Shown one piece after another: positions 1 through 11,516 of a stretch of DNA of 64,000 nucleotides. The stretch is taken from NCBI RefSeq assembly GCF_009914755.1, contig NC_060932.1; one strand, written 5' to 3'. Under the pieces are notes generated by a model. The model worked only from the letters and a program-made list of their open reading frames with translations. It was not told where the DNA came from and did no database searches. Positions within the stretch are counted from its first letter, which is position 1. Every line of letters starts with the position of its first letter. The translations under genes were made by a program, and so were the position numbers. Source of the DNA: the human T2T-CHM13v2.0 reference genome, Homo sapiens.

Positions 1-59
1 GTTGTAGAAAGCTTTCTCCATCGATGTCATATCTAATGAGTCATTGCCCCAGAACAACA

Positions 60-715
60 GACTCATTTGAAGACAAAGCAGACATCACATCGGGGTTTCT
101 GGCCATGGAATCCATCTGTCCTGCTATGTGTCTCACTACAGAGAAGCTGTTGAGCAGACAGAGTACTCAGCTAATGGTCATCTTCAGGGCAATGCCTTGG
201 AGGGTTGAAGCCCTGTCCTCTGAGATAAGTCCTCAGTAAGGGCATGGAACCCATTGCTGAGTATGGTGCATGTCCCATTGGTTAGAATACAGAGCTCCAG
301 GGCGAAGCCTCTTATTGAGGGCTCCCAGTGACCCGCTTCTGGAATTCGTGCTGCCTGTTGCTCTTCCCAGTTAAACTTAGGCTTCTGTATGTTAGCGGGC
401 AAGGTTCTCAATGCAGAAATATTCCTCCAGAAGAAACAGTAGGCCATGACAAACAGCTGACCAGTTTGAGCTTCTACTCTATTGGAAATGCAGACAAAAT
501 AAATAAATAAATAACAAGGAGTTGCATTTCTGGCTGGAAATTTTGGCTTCTTTAGCCATTTCCTTGATGAAAAACCATAGTACAGGACGTTGATCTGCCT
601 TCCCCTGGGGCTGCTGAGCTTCTTAGGTATTAGCACGTCCAGGAGATTTAACTTCGATTGAGACACATATTGATTGATAAAGGATTGGAGATGGGAGGGA
701 TTTGGCAGATGCAAT
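60..715 (-). mobile_element. Decayed ERVL (class III ERV) pol fragment, RT thumb/connection region
   Basis: ORF 184..714(-) has colinear ERVL Pol-like blocks: RGRQIN (cf. RGWEIN), FFWRNISAL (cf. GFWRQHIPHL), KFNWEEQQAA (cf. FEWGPEQEKA), ALEL (cf. VLEV), SQRTGLQPSKALP (cf. SQRRPLGFWSKALP). No intact YIDD motif. Confidence 0.65.
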
Positions 716-859
716 TTCTTTCCATCTCTCCATTCAAGGGACTATTTGGCAGCATGCTCTTTCTCTAAGGCATGTCCTAGATGAATTGTGGGGCCGAACA
801 CCTGTCAGCATCTTTTTCTCTTTTATGAAACTGCAGATATTTTAATTATGCATCCCAGT

Positions 860-1000
860 ATATCTGCTTCTCTTTGTTTCCTGCCTCACTACAATTCTCC
901 CATGTTTTGCTGCCCTGGGATTGCACCTCCTAATAACATATTAGAATGTACGCTGTGCCTCAAACTCAAACTCTTTTTTCCAGGGATCCCATTGGCCAAC
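860..1000 (+). mobile_element. Possible 3' end of an old ERVL-type LTR
   Basis: 'cctaataacatattagaatgtacgctgtgcctcaaact...ttttccagggatccca' resembles the polyA-signal/terminal segment of LTR16/LTR33-type LTRs. Confidence 0.3.
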
Positions 1001-1754
1001 TATCCTCCTAAAAATCTCCTGGCTCTCCGTATATGGTGCTGCCACTGTGCTTCCCGAGACCCTCTTTATGTTCTTCTCTTCTTCAACTGTAAAAAGTCTC
1101 ATTTCTGTTTATTCCTTTTTTACCTAATAATTTAGCTTTCTCTCACTCTCACTGGAATCTTATTAAAACTATGCCCCCAAGATCTCACCTTGTTTGTCAT
1201 ACCTACCAATTAATAAGTGTTTGAAAAAAAAAAAAAAAAACAGTATCTCACTGAGGTGAATTCTGTGGAAAGGTTTTTCTTTTTATCATGTTAACTAAAT
1301 GTGTAAATATTTGAGGGGTATCCAAAGGTCCTTCTTTTAAAACAGTCCTTTATTCCTATCTGCTTTGGTGCATGAGTGTTTAGTGTCACACTGATTTCCT
1401 GTGGGTTCAGACTTTGACTCTATCCAACGTGTGGGTATGGAGAACACATTTGGTTTGTCTGAATAGGAACACGGCCCAAGTTCACTCTTCACAGGATTTC
1501 TTTCTCTATTCTCCAAGACTCCAGCTATTGCCATAGGGAAGTATAGAATTATTTAGACTAGATCTTGATAACAAGTAGTTATCTACTTTAACAAGTCCTT
1601 TAAAGCCTGAGAGTCCTTGGATTCAAGTCTGGACAAATTTTGGCCTAATTGTCATGACTGATGGTCCTCAAAGGTCAGCCAGTCCAAATTGTGAAAATTC
1701 TTTGTATCTTGAAGAGTCTTTGACGTTTCTAGCCCTGCTGCCATTCTCAAGCAC

Positions 1755-1960
1755 TGATTTATCAATTTTAAACAAGTATGTCCTATACAGTGGTGCCTGT
1801 GCTGGACACTGGGGATGGTGGGTTAATGAAGCTGTCACAGTTCCCACCCTTGGGAAACTTAGTGTGATGGGAAAAGTGGACAAAGACATATTACAAGTAA
1901 TTACATAATTGCTAGGACACAAAATGGTATCTGTGAAACGGCATATAATAGAGCCATATG
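1755..1960 (-). mobile_element. L2 LINE 3' fragment
   Basis: 'tgtgctggacactggggat...gttcccacccttgggaaacttagtgtgatggg' resembles the antisense L2 3' end. Confidence 0.55.
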
Positions 1961-2187
1961 GAATAGTCCTCTGAGCTAGGACAGAATAGGTAACGAGGCT
2001 GCTCAGAAACTGCAGCCTTCTCAGGATAAGAATATTCTCTATTTGTGCTTGTCCGTATTGATGATGTTAGAATAAAAGTTTACATCTTCGAGGAGGCAGA
2101 AGATTGGCTAGTGTTTGTACCATACATGTCAGAAATGGTTCAGCAATCATGAGTGACAATAACAAAATTTTGCATGTCCTTCCGTCT

Positions 2188-2532
2188 TAATATATATGTG
2201 TATATTATCTGTGTGTTATATTAATATATGTATATATATAATGCATTATGTATATAATAATATGTGTATACATAATACAATAATTATATCACACATATAT
2301 ATAATGTGTACCTATATACACACTATATAATATATAGTACTATACATTGTATATATATACACACATATTATATATAGATATAATTTGTGTGTGTGAATAT
2401 ATATATACACACTCCTATAACACACATATTATATATAGATATATACACACATATAATATATAGTATTATATAGATTGTATATATACACACATTATATATA
2501 GATAGACTATCTGTGTATGTCTATATATATAC
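2188..2532. repeat. AT-rich (TA)n/(TACA)n low-complexity tract
   Basis: About 340 bp of degenerate TATA/TACACA/TGTATA units. Confidence 0.9.
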
Positions 2533-2639
2533 GCATTCCTTCTCCAGCTTCCACATCTTGTCCAGCTGCCCTCTCATTTCTCTGTGTGTCTCTATAGGAA
2601 CTTCTCTTTTATGTCTTTACAGGACCCTACAAACTCCAA

Positions 2640-3440
2640 TCCTTCTCTTCCTGCTATCCTTGGCACCAATGCCAGGTATCCACTCACCTCCACTTTCCAC
2701 TTAATTATCTCTAGTGGTAAATTTAATGGTCTAGTCTCAAAACTCACTTTACTAGTCAGCCCATCAGCAACATTTGAAAAAGTCGAATGCTTCTTGTTTG
2801 AAACATTTCCTGCAATCGCACATACAAAAATCCTGCTACAGTAAATTAAAACACATAACTGTGCTCAAAATCTTTGAACAAGTTCTCATTTCACTCTGAG
2901 TACAAAGAAGAGGTCCTATGGTAGCCTGTGAGGCCCCTGATGAAATGGCTCTTCTTCCTCATGCACTTTATTGCCCAGGTATCTCCCCCTGGCTCATTTG
3001 GTTACAAACACACTAGGCTCTTTGCTGCTCCTTGAACACACTAAGCAGACTCCCATCTCTGGTCACTGTCTTGTCAGCCCAAATTGCCTCATTTCTCCCC
3101 AAATGCTTACAGGACTTCCTCTGTCCCATCCTCTAGGTCTCTATTCATTGCGACATTTTTTAGCAAGGCCGTCCTGGATGATGCAATCAAGAATAGCAAC
3201 AGTTTCTCATTCCTGCGCTCCCCACCACTCTCCATGACGCCTTCTTTCCCGTATCTCTTCTAGCCACTGACACTACACATGGCACTTTGTGGTTTGGTTT
3301 TTGTCCTCCTTTGCTGAGAAGAATAGAAGCTCCTAAGGGCAGGGTACTTGGAATTCCTCCCTCTCTGCTGCTACCTCCTTAGTTTAGAACAGTATCCAAC
3401 ACATAGAAGGAGCTCAATTAACCTTTACTGAACAAATGCA
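2640..3440 (+). mobile_element. L2 LINE (RT fragment plus 3' end)
   Basis: ORF 2584..2844 has GKFNGLVSKLTLLVSPSATFEKVECFLFETF (cf. L2 RT [30 protein letters not shown]). 3' motifs 'aagctcctaagggcaggg' and 'acacatagaaggagctcaat...tgaacaaatg'. Confidence 0.75.
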
Positions 3441-4179
3441 AGGATCATTTCCACTGTGCTTTTGCTGGCTTTTCTGTACTGTGGTTTGAATTTGGCTGGG
3501 TTTTAAGGTTTGTATCCCCTAATAGTTGAGCATCATTTTTCCCCCTTTTCATTTTCGTGGCCTCCAGGGAGGTGTGGGACCTCTGCTGCACCTAGAAATC
3601 CCATGGTGACAGGGAAGGAGACTAATTATCTTCCTGGTGCATGAGAGATGATTGTTGAGCCATTCTAGTCAAAAGGGAGAACAAGAAGGCTGTACAAAAC
3701 CCTGGAGCAAATTAATATGCCTCTCAGCACAGTTTGTTCCTTCAGAGCTCAACAAAAAGGAATTACTTTTAGAGGTAAGAGGACCAGTTTATTAAATATA
3801 CCTCCTCTGCCTATCAGCAGCATTGACTCAATCCGGGTAGGCATTCTCCTCTGCTGGGTGGAGACTCCAGGTGAGGAAGGTGCAGGCGAACCAAAGACAA
3901 ACCTCCTGCCCTTGAGGACTTGAAAATCTAAGCTATCGCTTGACTAGGTTGGCAGCGTTGTGGGGGGAGGTGACAAAAATAGGAGGAAAGAAGAAGAAGT
4001 ATGATGCAAGGGAACAGCATCCTTAAAATTGTACTTTTCTTCAAATGTGTCAAGAGCTTTTATATGTAAGTGTTGGATCACGTGGTCATTGCTTTCCCTG
4101 GCAAAGACATATTCGGCTATGAAGACCAAGTGCAATGATGTCACCTCAAGAAGCACAGCCTGACACTGTCAACAATTCA

Positions 4180-4335
4180 GTATTCCCTCCTGGACACTCT
4201 CAGAACACTTTGTGGTTGTCTTTATGATGCCATTTTTTCACAGTGTATTTTAACTGATATCATCCTCCTACCCACACGTATACAACTATAAACTCCTTTA
4301 GGGCACAGACCATGTCTTCCTTCCCTTTGAACTCC
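4180..4335 (+). mobile_element. L2 fragment
   Basis: 'actataaactcctttagggcacagaccatgtct' is typical of L2 3' sequence. Confidence 0.5.
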
Positions 4336-4339
4336 GTTG

Positions 4340-4465
4340 CAGTTATTCTTCCAATGCCTGCTCCTCCACCCAGAGATCAAGATCTGCGTGGCACCCAGGC
4401 CTCAGTAGATTAATAAACCCTTTGTGTGATTTTAATGTTCTGCCAAGGTTGAGAACTGTCTGGTA
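4340..4465. mobile_element. MER5-like hAT-Charlie MITE
   Basis: 'ccacccagagat...gtgattttaatgttctgccaaggttgagaact' resembles the MER5A/B terminus. Confidence 0.45.
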
Positions 4466-5323
4466 GTGCCCCATTATTGCCTGATTTCAAAACCCTGCTA
4501 CTTATGTAACAGGAGACCCCAGTTTGAGCTGCATTGTCAGAATCCAGCTATGGCTCAGCTTAAACTCAAAGAGCTTTGGCTTTGTTCATTAATCCCTGGA
4601 CTCAGGGATCCAAGGTTTTCTGTTACTCAACATGCATCCAAGTCCAGACTTGCTCTGTCTTCTGGCTCTGTCTTTCTTAGCAGGTGACTTTTGTTTCCAG
4701 AGTTAGATGACGGATATGGTTTCTCCGGACAAGACTTTTCTGTTCCAGGATGGAGGAAGAATCAAGGGCCAAAGGCTTTCTCAGGAGGCTTGACTTTTTA
4801 TTCAGGGAAGGAAAGCTGTTCTCACAGATTTCTCCTTGTATTGTGTGGTGCCCGAGAGATGCATATTGAGCTTCCTATCTCCTATAACAGTGGAAGGAAG
4901 GAAAAAGGGGCTGTGAATGGCTCTTGGGTGGCCAGCTCACTGGCCGACCACATCTGCAGGTGTAGGCCGGGGGTGCTAGGGTGTGTTTCTCTGAGTGGCT
5001 GAGAGGTGTACTAAGGGACAAACTAACCCCCGAGTCCTACAGCAAAGCTCATTTTATGTACAGTCTCAGAGCTGGAAGAAAGGAAGTTCTTTTGTCCACC
5101 GCATGGGTTTTCTCAATAAGGTATGTCCCTGCTCTGATCCAGACTAAATCCTAAGTGGATTAGATGCTGTGCAATGAAAAATATGTGGAAAAATTGTTCT
5201 TACCCACAAACATCTTTTAAAAAGCATTATTACTTTGGAGTCTATCTAATAGATTGTAACACCAATGGAAAGATACAACTTTTCTCAACTTCGATTACAA
5301 AAGAGTACAATGTTGGCATCTGA

Positions 5324-5808
5324 TGTAGTTCTGCTCCAATCAGATACTGCTTTGGTACCACATCGATCCTGTCTGCGTCATGTGATTCTTGTTCCAGATG
5401 TTGCTGTAATAGCCAGCTGCCCATGGGCTCAGTCCTATTTGATGAAACCTAATAGTCTTTGGCCCTCCTGCCTGCAAAGCATGCCTTCTTCCTTCTGATC
5501 TGTTAATGACCAATAAGACCACTTTGGCGTTTGGGAGATGGTCTTGCTTACTCCTTTCTCCCATTCAATTCGTAGCCATGAGATGCATTGATACAACTTC
5601 CCTAAGGTTCACCTTTGCAGCTCAAGCCACTGGTGGCATTGAATTGCGATGAGTTAGAGATTTTCCTTGCAACTGCATCTCTCTTCCTCCCTGCTTTGCT
5701 CTTTGTGTCTCTTGATGCTGTTTCCTGAGATTCTGCTTCCTAGTAAAATAATATCACGTAATGTCTCTGTTTCAGACTCTGCTTTCAGGGGTACAACCAG
5801 GTAAGACA
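5324..5808 (+). mobile_element. LTR16-like (ERVL) 5' LTR
   Basis: Contains 'ttgcaactgcatc' and ends 'tctctgtttcagactctgctttcaggggtacaaccaggtaagaca', like the LTR16 terminus. Directly followed by a PBS-like TGG. Confidence 0.7.
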
Positions 5809-7085
5809 TTTGGTTCCAGGGTGGTTCTACAAAGCGTGTCTTCAGGTTCGGATTCTGGGGCCAGATTTCTCACTGCTGTGTTGGCAATTAGACCCCCATC
5901 ATTGGTGTTAAATGTGGGGATGGTGTTACCCCCAATAGGAAGTGAAGTCACAATCACTGGGGCTTTCACCTATGGTTATACAGAATGAGCTCCACAAATA
6001 AGGCAAGGCATTGGGATGTGAGGAGCCTGTGGTGATGATGGAAAAACACGGCAGCGATATTTGTAAGGACTGTGGCATGGACCGGTTTCTTTACCTCTCC
6101 TAGAAACTTTGAAAAGAGAGAGAAAGAGAGAGAGGGAGGCAGGAGGAGACAGAAAAAGAGGCAGATGGGCAGGGGAAGAGAGAGAAAGACAGAGAGGGAA
6201 AGAGGGAGAGAGGGAGATAGAAGGAAGAAATCTTAAGCCTAGAAAAGCCAGTTGGCCTCTCAAAGCCAGCTCCAGCTTCTGCAGCAGCTACAGTGTTGCC
6301 ATTTCAACTTTATGGAAACTTTCTGCCCTGCTAAACGCCACATTCAGGATGTCCTTGCAAGGATGGCACGTCTGCAAACGTGACTCAGTGCACATCCTCA
6401 GCGCGCTCTATGTCCTAGTTGTGACTCCGATGTGAAGAGGAGCACTTGGGCCTTTGATGGAAACACATAGATGAGTGAGCAGGAGAATTTTGCTACCTCA
6501 GTTTTCTCAGAAACCTCTAAAAGCCATCTTCTGCTCCTGACCGATTGTTGTAGGGGAACGACCACTTCCTACCTGAACACTCTAGAAGCTTCTTGGCTGA
6601 AGATGGCAACCAGGGTGCGAGGCGTGCAGATTTCTTGTGAAAAGCTACCTGTGCTCATCATGGCCCAACCCCTCCTCTAATTTCAGGCTGATAGACAGGT
6701 CCAGGCCTCCACATAGCCAGGGTAGAGAAGGACATTCCCTTTTCTGGGAGAAAATACCTTACACACTGGACGAGTTCAGGATCTGGCTAATTCATGCTAG
6801 CAGCAACCAAGAAAATATGTATGAGAAGGAATATTGATGGAACTAGGTAGGAAGAGAAATACACGGCTGGATGGGGAGAATTTATTGTCAAGGAGCCCAT
6901 CTCTCCAGGTTCTTGATTCCATGTCAAGGTCCCCTGGGACCAGCTGGTCCTGATAGTTTGTGGGTAAGATCCAGTGAGCTGTGGATATCAGTTTGTCCTT
7001 GAGTAAACGGAGATGGAGAACTTCCTTGGCACAGCAGGAAAGGCTCAGAAGGCTCGGCAAAGGTCAAAATGTTAGACTCCATGTA
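5809..7085 (+). mobile_element. ERVL internal region (HERV16/ERV3-16A3-like): PBS, leader and 5' gag
   Basis: PBS-like 'tttggttccagggtggttct' at 5809-5828. With frameshifts, ~6758-6925 reads YTLDE.QDLANSC*QQPRKYV*EGIL..RNTRLDG.EFI, matching ERVL/Fv1-type Gag YTPKELxxxxNxYxQxxGExxWEWILRVxDxGGRNIxLDxxEFI. Confidence 0.75.
6111..6229. repeat. GA-rich polypurine tract inside ERVL gag
   Basis: Degenerate (GA)n/(GGGA)n, about 120 bp, almost purely purine on the + strand. Confidence 0.9.
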
Positions 7086-7090
7086 CGATA

Positions 7091-7807
7091 GAGCTGTTCC
7101 CCCTCATCTGTGGGGGATATAGTCTAAGACCCCCACTGATGCCTAAAACTGTGCTTTTACCAAACCCAATTGCCATCCATGGACCACATGTCTGTTCGGG
7201 TCTCCCACCCACACATTTATTATCTTTTCCATGGTAACATCATTTATCACACACTGTGCCCATGACATTTGCAGTTTGAGACATGACAGCCAAACTAGCA
7301 CAGATTTCTTTTCCTTAGTCACAATGTTATGGGTAGAAAATTTGTTCTTACTGTAGATCTTAGCAGCCTCAGCATATAACTTTTTTCTTAAGTTGAGGAC
7401 TTTGATCTTCTCACTTAAAGGAAGCATTGTATGGATTCTTTTTGCCATATCCGAATTGCCAGCATTGCTACTCTTACTCTTTGGGGCCATTGTTAAGTCA
7501 AATAAGGGTGACTTGAACACAAGCCCTGTGATACTGTGATAGCTGACCTGGTAATCCCGGCGGCTACTAAGTGACTAAAGGGTAGCAACATCTACAGCGT
7601 GGATCTGCTGGACAAAGGCATAATCTATGTCCCACCAGGATGGAGTGGGACAGCGTGAGATTTCATTACACTACTTAGCACTGCAAATAATTGAAAACTT
7701 ATGAATTGTTTATTTCTGGAACTTTCCATTTAATATTTTCTGACCACCGTTGACAGTGGGTAACTGAAACTGTGGAAGGCAAAGCTGTGGATAAAAGGGG
7801 GCTACTG
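7091..7807 (-). mobile_element. MER44C-like Tigger7 (TcMar-Tigger) deletion derivative
   Basis: Both TIRs recognisable ('gagctgttccccctcatctgtgg' ... 'gtggataaaagggggctactg'). ORF 7143..7520(-) MAPKSKSSNAGNSDMAKRIHTMLPLSEKIKVL... is the Tigger7 transposase N-terminal CENP-B-like HTH. Confidence 0.9.
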
Positions 7808-7857
7808 TGTAAAATCAGAGTGCTCTGGGAGAGTTCAAAGGACAGGCCCTTATCTCT

Positions 7858-8470
7858 TTAATTTAACATTTATTTTAGGTTTAGGGCTGCATGTGGAGGT
7901 TTGCTACAGAGGTAATCACGGGCCATGGGGATTTATTCTACAGATTATTTCATTACTCAGATATTAAGCTCAGTACCCAATAGTTCTCTTTTCTGCTCCT
8001 CTCCCTCCTCCCAACCCTCACCCTCAAGTAGACCACAGTGTCTGTTGTTCCCTTGTTTGTGTTCATAAGTTCTTATCGTTTAGCTCCCACTTACGAGTGA
8101 GAACCTGTGATATTGGTTTTCTGTTCCTGTGTTAGCTTGCTAAGGATAATGGCCTCCAGCTCCATCCATGTTCCTGCAAAAGACATGATCTCATTCTTGT
8201 TTATAGCTGCATAGTATTCCATGGTGTATATGTACCATATTTTCTTTATCCAATCTGTCATTGATGGGCATTTAGGGTGATTCCATGTCTTTGCTATTGT
8301 GAATAGTGCTGCAGTGAACATTCTTGTGCGTGTGTCTTTACGGTAGAATGATTTACATTTGTCTGGGTATATACCCAGTAATCGGATTGGTGGATGGAAT
8401 GGGAGTTCTGCTTTCAGCTCTTTGAGAAATCACCATACTGCTTTCCCCAGTGGTTGAACTAACTTTCACT
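7858..8470 (-). mobile_element. 5'-truncated L1 3' end (older L1PA, about PA13-16)
   Basis: ORF 8091..8321(-) [40 protein letters not shown]... is the L1 ORF2p C-terminus, followed by 3'UTR and a T-rich tail on the + strand. Confidence 0.93.
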
Positions 8471-8477
8471 CCCTCTT

Positions 8478-9060
8478 AGAGACACACCGTGCTCTAAAGG
8501 CATCAGGGAATGCACAGGTTGCAGAGTTGGCACTAGTCTCCCAGTGATTTTTCTGCTGGCCACATGGGAGAGGGGTAGCTGGTGCAGCAGAACAGACTCC
8601 CTTAATAACAGTGAGGGCTGATGGGACTCCGGAATGGCCAAGGCCAATGGCAAAACTTAACCTTCAGAGGCAAGGCGGGCACAGTTACTGCAGTGGGCAG
8701 TGAGGCTGGAATGGCAATCAGGGTGCGAGACATGTGGGGCCACTGACTGTGGCTGGAGAAGTTGGTGCTTCCAGAGGAGAGATGCACACCCAGCCAACAT
8801 GGGTGTTGTTTAGCACCTATGGTTTAAAGAAAGAAAGAGAGGGAGCCAGCAGGTAGAAGGCTGATGTCACTCTCCCAAAGAGAGTCATACATCCTCATCA
8901 GGTCCAAGATCTCAGTCATAAAAGCAGAGTCTATGGATTGAAGGGAGGACCAGATTCTTCTGAGGAAGGCCTCTGAAACACCTCTGCAAATGCATCTGTT
9001 AAATACTCCCCAGCTTCTCCCCAAAAGGACATAAGGCCATTTTCTAGAGAAGCTGTGAGG
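8478..9060 (+). mobile_element. ERVL internal region continued: 3' gag and start of protease
   Basis: 'ggccaatggcaaaacttaaccttcagaggcaaggcggg' translates GQWQN/LNLQRQGG (cf. GQVAALNRQRQGG). 'ttccagaggagagatgcacacccagccaaca' gives SRGEMHTQPT (cf. PRGEIDGQPT). 'ccccaaaaggacataaggccattttctaga' gives PQKDIRPFSR (cf. PQRDLRPFTR). Confidence 0.75.
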
Positions 9061-9911
9061 TTTCTTCTGCTCTGCCGGTGGGAGTCGAAGCCAAGACACT
9101 GTTGCTCCAGGGGCAGAATGCTTTGCAGTGGCATCCGTGGCGGCCATGGAGATGCATGGTTGTGGTGGCATACACCCAGAGGCTGCGGGACTCAGGGACG
9201 ATGAGTCCCAGAAAGCTTCTGGTCATTTCACAGATGTCAGCCACAGAATGAAGATCACCTTGCATTGGGTAAGATCTAACAATAATGTGAAAATCCTACT
9301 GGTTTTGCAGGCAGAGAAGCTGGATTCTCTTTGAACTACAGGCTGAATTCTTGATGGAGAACAGGTAAGGATGACACTGCAAGACAAAATGTGGTGTAAG
9401 AGAGGACCTGGGAAAACATAAAATACCCTAAGGACTTCCTTTAAAGCATGATTCTGTAACTCAAAAGAGTGATGAGCACTTGGCAACAGTTTAGGGAAAA
9501 AAGAATCAGAGAAATACAATATAGAATTGTTAATATCACTATTGATTTATGAGGCCTGAGAAAGCATGGGTGACAGCCACATGGATGATTTAAAGACAAA
9601 AGTGACCTTTTCTCTTTGCTGTCAAGTGAACCTAAAACTGCAATGGGCAGTGAGGCTGGAATGGCGATCTGAAACTATATAGTTTTTTGCTTTTTAGACT
9701 CTTAATAATTTTTCTTGTCTTAAATTGATCCCGCATTTGAAAAAAAAAATGATTGTACATTAGGCTGAATGGAGCTTATCCTTTCTTACTTTGTTTTTCC
9801 TTCTACAAATGGTGCCACGATGAAATGACTTCCTGTTTAAATAGTGCCTTAAGGTGGTTTATAAGTAGCTTTTGTAAAGAATTTCCAGCTCATCTTTTTC
9901 CTCATACCTTC

Positions 9912-10065
9912 TTATGAACACAGTACTATCCACATTTTAGAAACTAGAGTGAAGCTTGAAGACAATAAATGAACTGCCCAAGATCACACATCCACCAGGA
10001 AGGGCTGTGATGGGAACTCAGCTCTGCCGTTACCTAAAGTGGGGATCTTCCCTCAACATTACTGT
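9912..10065 (-). mobile_element. MIR SINE fragment
   Basis: Core-like 'cattttagaaactagagtgaagcttgaagacaataaatgaactgcccaagatcacaca'. Confidence 0.55.
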
Positions 10066-10577
10066 GAATCTCTGAACACAGTGCTCGGTGGAGAAGACCC
10101 TTATTCAGACAGCACTGAGGGGCCAGGGCAAGGTGATGATGATGGCAGTCAGTTACATTGTTATAATCAACAGGAATCCTGGCAGAGTTTAGTTTGCTTT
10201 ATGTTTCGAAGATGAAGAAAAACAAACTGGCAGGAAGGAGACAGAAGGTACATGGTAGAAAGGATGCCACATGCTAATCTTGAGTTATGTGGCAAACAGG
10301 TGACATTGAGAGAATACGGCATATTTACGGGGATGTGGTTGAAAGTTGGAAGGGAAATATTTGGGAAGGCAGTAATGCAGTGAAAATCTCGGAAAGACAT
10401 CGGGGCCCAGGAAATGTAGCTGTAGAGTCAGGAGAGGTTATTAAGCAGAGTGTGAGATGTCTACTGAAGACAACTCATGAAAATATTGGGTCCAAATAGC
10501 TGAAGGCAAAAGGTGTTTCCCAGAGAAAGGGTAGGCTTTGCTCAGAGGTGGGACAGTTTCCTGGCTGAGGTAAGTAG

Positions 10578-10883
<306 letters not shown>

Positions 10884-11225
10884 ATAGTATGTGATATCTT
10901 GTTAGTGAATGTTTTTATTATACAGTGGTCATAAATTGTAATAAGTACAGATAAGAAAAATATAGTGTTACGAGAGCATACATTAGGGAAACTAAATTTG
11001 AATGGAGGAGGCAGAAGGATACCTTTGAGGATGTGACATTTAATAAAATACCTGATTATGTGTAGGTTACAGCTTGAATTCTCTGAAAACTATTTTTTAA
11101 GGGGTAAACTTAAAGTCACCATGAATATGTAATTGAATACATATTTTCTACAATAAATAATTATTTTATTATGCTTCATATCGTTGTTCAGTTTTTGTAT
11201 TAAAGTCCTATATGTTATTAATCGT

Positions 11226-11516
11226 GGCTGGGTGCGGTGGCTCACTCCTGTAATCCCAGCACTTTGGGAGACTGAGGCGGGCAGATCACTTGAGGCCAGT
11301 TGTTCGAGACCAGGCTGGCCAACATGGTGAAACCCCGTCTCTACTAAAAATACAAAAATTAGCTGGATGTGGCAGCACATGCCTGTAGTTCCTGCTACTC
11401 GAGAGGCTGAGGCAGGAGAATCACTTGAATCCAGGAGGTGGCAGTTGCAGGGAGACAAGGTCATGCCACTGCACTCGAGCCTGGAAAACAGGACGAGACT
11501 CCATCTGAAAAAAAAT
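11226..11516 (+). mobile_element. AluS (Sz-like)
   Basis: 'ggctgggtgcggtggctcac...gagactccatctgaaaaaaaa', dimeric, with the linker 'ctactaaaaatacaaaaattag'. Confidence 0.95.

Noticed and set aside
5976-6435. Charged or leucine-rich ORFs on both strands
   Set aside because: Products of the GA-rich tract inside ERVL gag.
9250-9335. ITLHWVRSNNN resembling ERVL protease VTVHWGKGN
   Set aside because: About 200 bp from the expected position and no DTG motif follows; too weak to extend the ERVL call.
10567-10575. Perfect splice donors: + strand GAG|GTAAGT here, and - strand CAG|GTAAGT near 58555-58563
   Set aside because: Isolated, near chance expectation, with no convincing paired acceptor or reading frame.
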